DNA of 39,177 nucleotides from a virus (Duplodnaviria; Heunggongvirae; Uroviricota; Caudoviricetes): IMG/VR virus record IMGVR_UViG_2778261068_000002, positions 1 to 39,177 of that record; one strand, 5' to 3'. Shown piece by piece: positions 38,127 to 39,177 of this stretch (position 1 is its first letter; each line of letters starts with the position of its first letter). The notes under the pieces were generated by a model. It saw only the letters and a program-made list of their open reading frames with translations, ran no database searches and was not told where the DNA came from. The position numbers and the translations under genes were made by a program.

Positions 38127-39177
38127 GCGCCGGGATTTACCCCCTAACCTTTATATAAGAAACAATGGATATTACTGCTACAGGGACCCAAGGACGGGTA
38201 AAGAGTTCGGATTAGGCCGAGACAGACGCATAGCAATCACTGAAGCTATACAGGCCAATATTGAGTTGCTATCCGGGAGCAGGCGTGAGTCACTGATAGA
38301 CAGAATTAAAGGCGCTGACGCAATCACTCTTCATGCGTGGCTTGACCGATATGAAACAATCCTCAGCGAGAGGGGTATCAGGCCGAAAACTCTACTCGAC
38401 TACGCCAGCAAAATCAGGGCAATCCGAAGAAAATTGCCGGACAAACCGCTCGCTGACATATCAACGAAAGAGGTAGCAGCAATGCTAAACACCTACGTAG
38501 CAGAAGGTAAAGCGGCTTCCGCAAAATTAATCAGGTCAACCCTTGTTGACGTTTTTCGTGAGGCAATAGCCGAGGGGCATGTGGCTACGAATCCGGTAAC
38601 AGCAACCCGCACAGCAAAGTCAGAAGTAAGGCGTTCAAGACTGACAGCTAATGAATATGTCGCGATTTACCATGCAGCCGAACCGCTCCCAATCTGGCTG
38701 AGGCTGGCAATGGATTTGGCTGTCGTTACAGGGCAGAGAGTAGGCGATTTATGCAGAATGAAATGGTCAGACATAAACGACAACCATCTTCACATTGAGC
38801 AGGGTAAAACAGGGGCTAAGCTCGCCATTCCGCTGACGCTAACGATTGACGCGCTCAATATCTCATTGGCTGATACACTACAGAAATGCAGGGAGGCCAG
38901 CGGCAGTGAAACAATAATTGCATCAACGCATCACGAACCGCTTTCCCCGAAAACAGTATCTAAGTATTTTACAAAGGCGAGAAATGCATCTGGACTCTCA
39001 TTTGATGGAGACCCGCCAACATTCCATGAACTGCGTAGCCTGTCGGCGAGGCTATACCGGAATCAGATTGGCGATAAGTTTGCTCAACGTCTTCTCGGGC
39101 ATAAATCAGATTCAATGGCGGCGCGGTATAGGGACAGCCGAGGGAGAGAATGGGACAAAATTGAAATCAATAAATGA
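38104..39177 (+). CDS. int: Tyrosine integrase (lambda Int family)
   Basis: 357 aa MGRRRSHERRDLPPNLYIRNNGYYCYRDPRTGKEFGLGRDRRIAITEAIQANIEL...; catalytic-domain motifs (HELRSL...LLGH...Y near C-terminus); stop codon is the last triplet of the window. Confidence 0.9.
   Translation: MGRRRSHERRDLPPNLYIRNNGYYCYRDPRTGKEFGLGRDRRIAITEAIQANIELLSGSRRESLIDRIKGADAITLHAWLDRYETILSERGIRPKTLLDYASKIRAIRRKLPDKPLADISTKEVAAMLNTYVAEGKAASAKLIRSTLVDVFREAIAEGHVATNPVTATRTAKSEVRRSRLTANEYVAIYHAAEPLPIWLRLAMDLAVVTGQRVGDLCRMKWSDINDNHLHIEQGKTGAKLAIPLTLTIDALNISLADTLQKCREASGSETIIASTHHEPLSPKTVSKYFTKARNASGLSFDGDPPTFHELRSLSARLYRNQIGDKFAQRLLGHKSDSMAARYRDSRGREWDKIEINK

Overview
This window is almost an entire lambdoid prophage (a lambda/P21/P22-type mosaic, enterobacterial host), lying in inverted orientation. 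All calls below are from reading the sequence and ORF track by eye and from recalled protein families; no database search or folding was run. Reading right to left: integrase and excisionase sit at the right edge (37908-39177; the attachment site must lie just beyond the window), then the early-left operon on the + strand (P22-type N with nutL, a 208-aa unknown, cIII-like, Rad52/Sak-type annealing protein, SSB, several small ea-type genes, TraR-like, ASCH-like). The immunity region follows (cI on +, cro and cII-like on -), then lambda-type O (with ori iterons) and P, ren, a nin region (ninB, MT-A70 methyltransferase, ninF, ninG, Ser/Thr phosphatase), a Q-like antiterminator, a P21-type lysis cassette (pinholin S, SAR endolysin, Rz/Rz1), a lambda-like cos, terminase, W, portal, a protease-capsid fusion, and lambda-like tail genes Z, U, V, G/T, H, M, L, K, I, J (J runs off the window start). 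Several accessory insertions sit on this backbone: sodC between I and J; an AT-rich LpxR-like outer-membrane protein gene antisense between the nin genes and Q; an AT-rich multi-pass membrane protein plus four tRNA genes in the Q-to-S slot (the position stx occupies in Shiga-toxin phages); a two-gene insert between holin and endolysin; and a coupled gene pair between ren and ninB. The best candidates for an undescribed function are the Q-to-S membrane protein, the holin-endolysin insert, the ren-ninB pair and the 208-aa protein after N. No CRISPR array, IS element or rRNA was seen.
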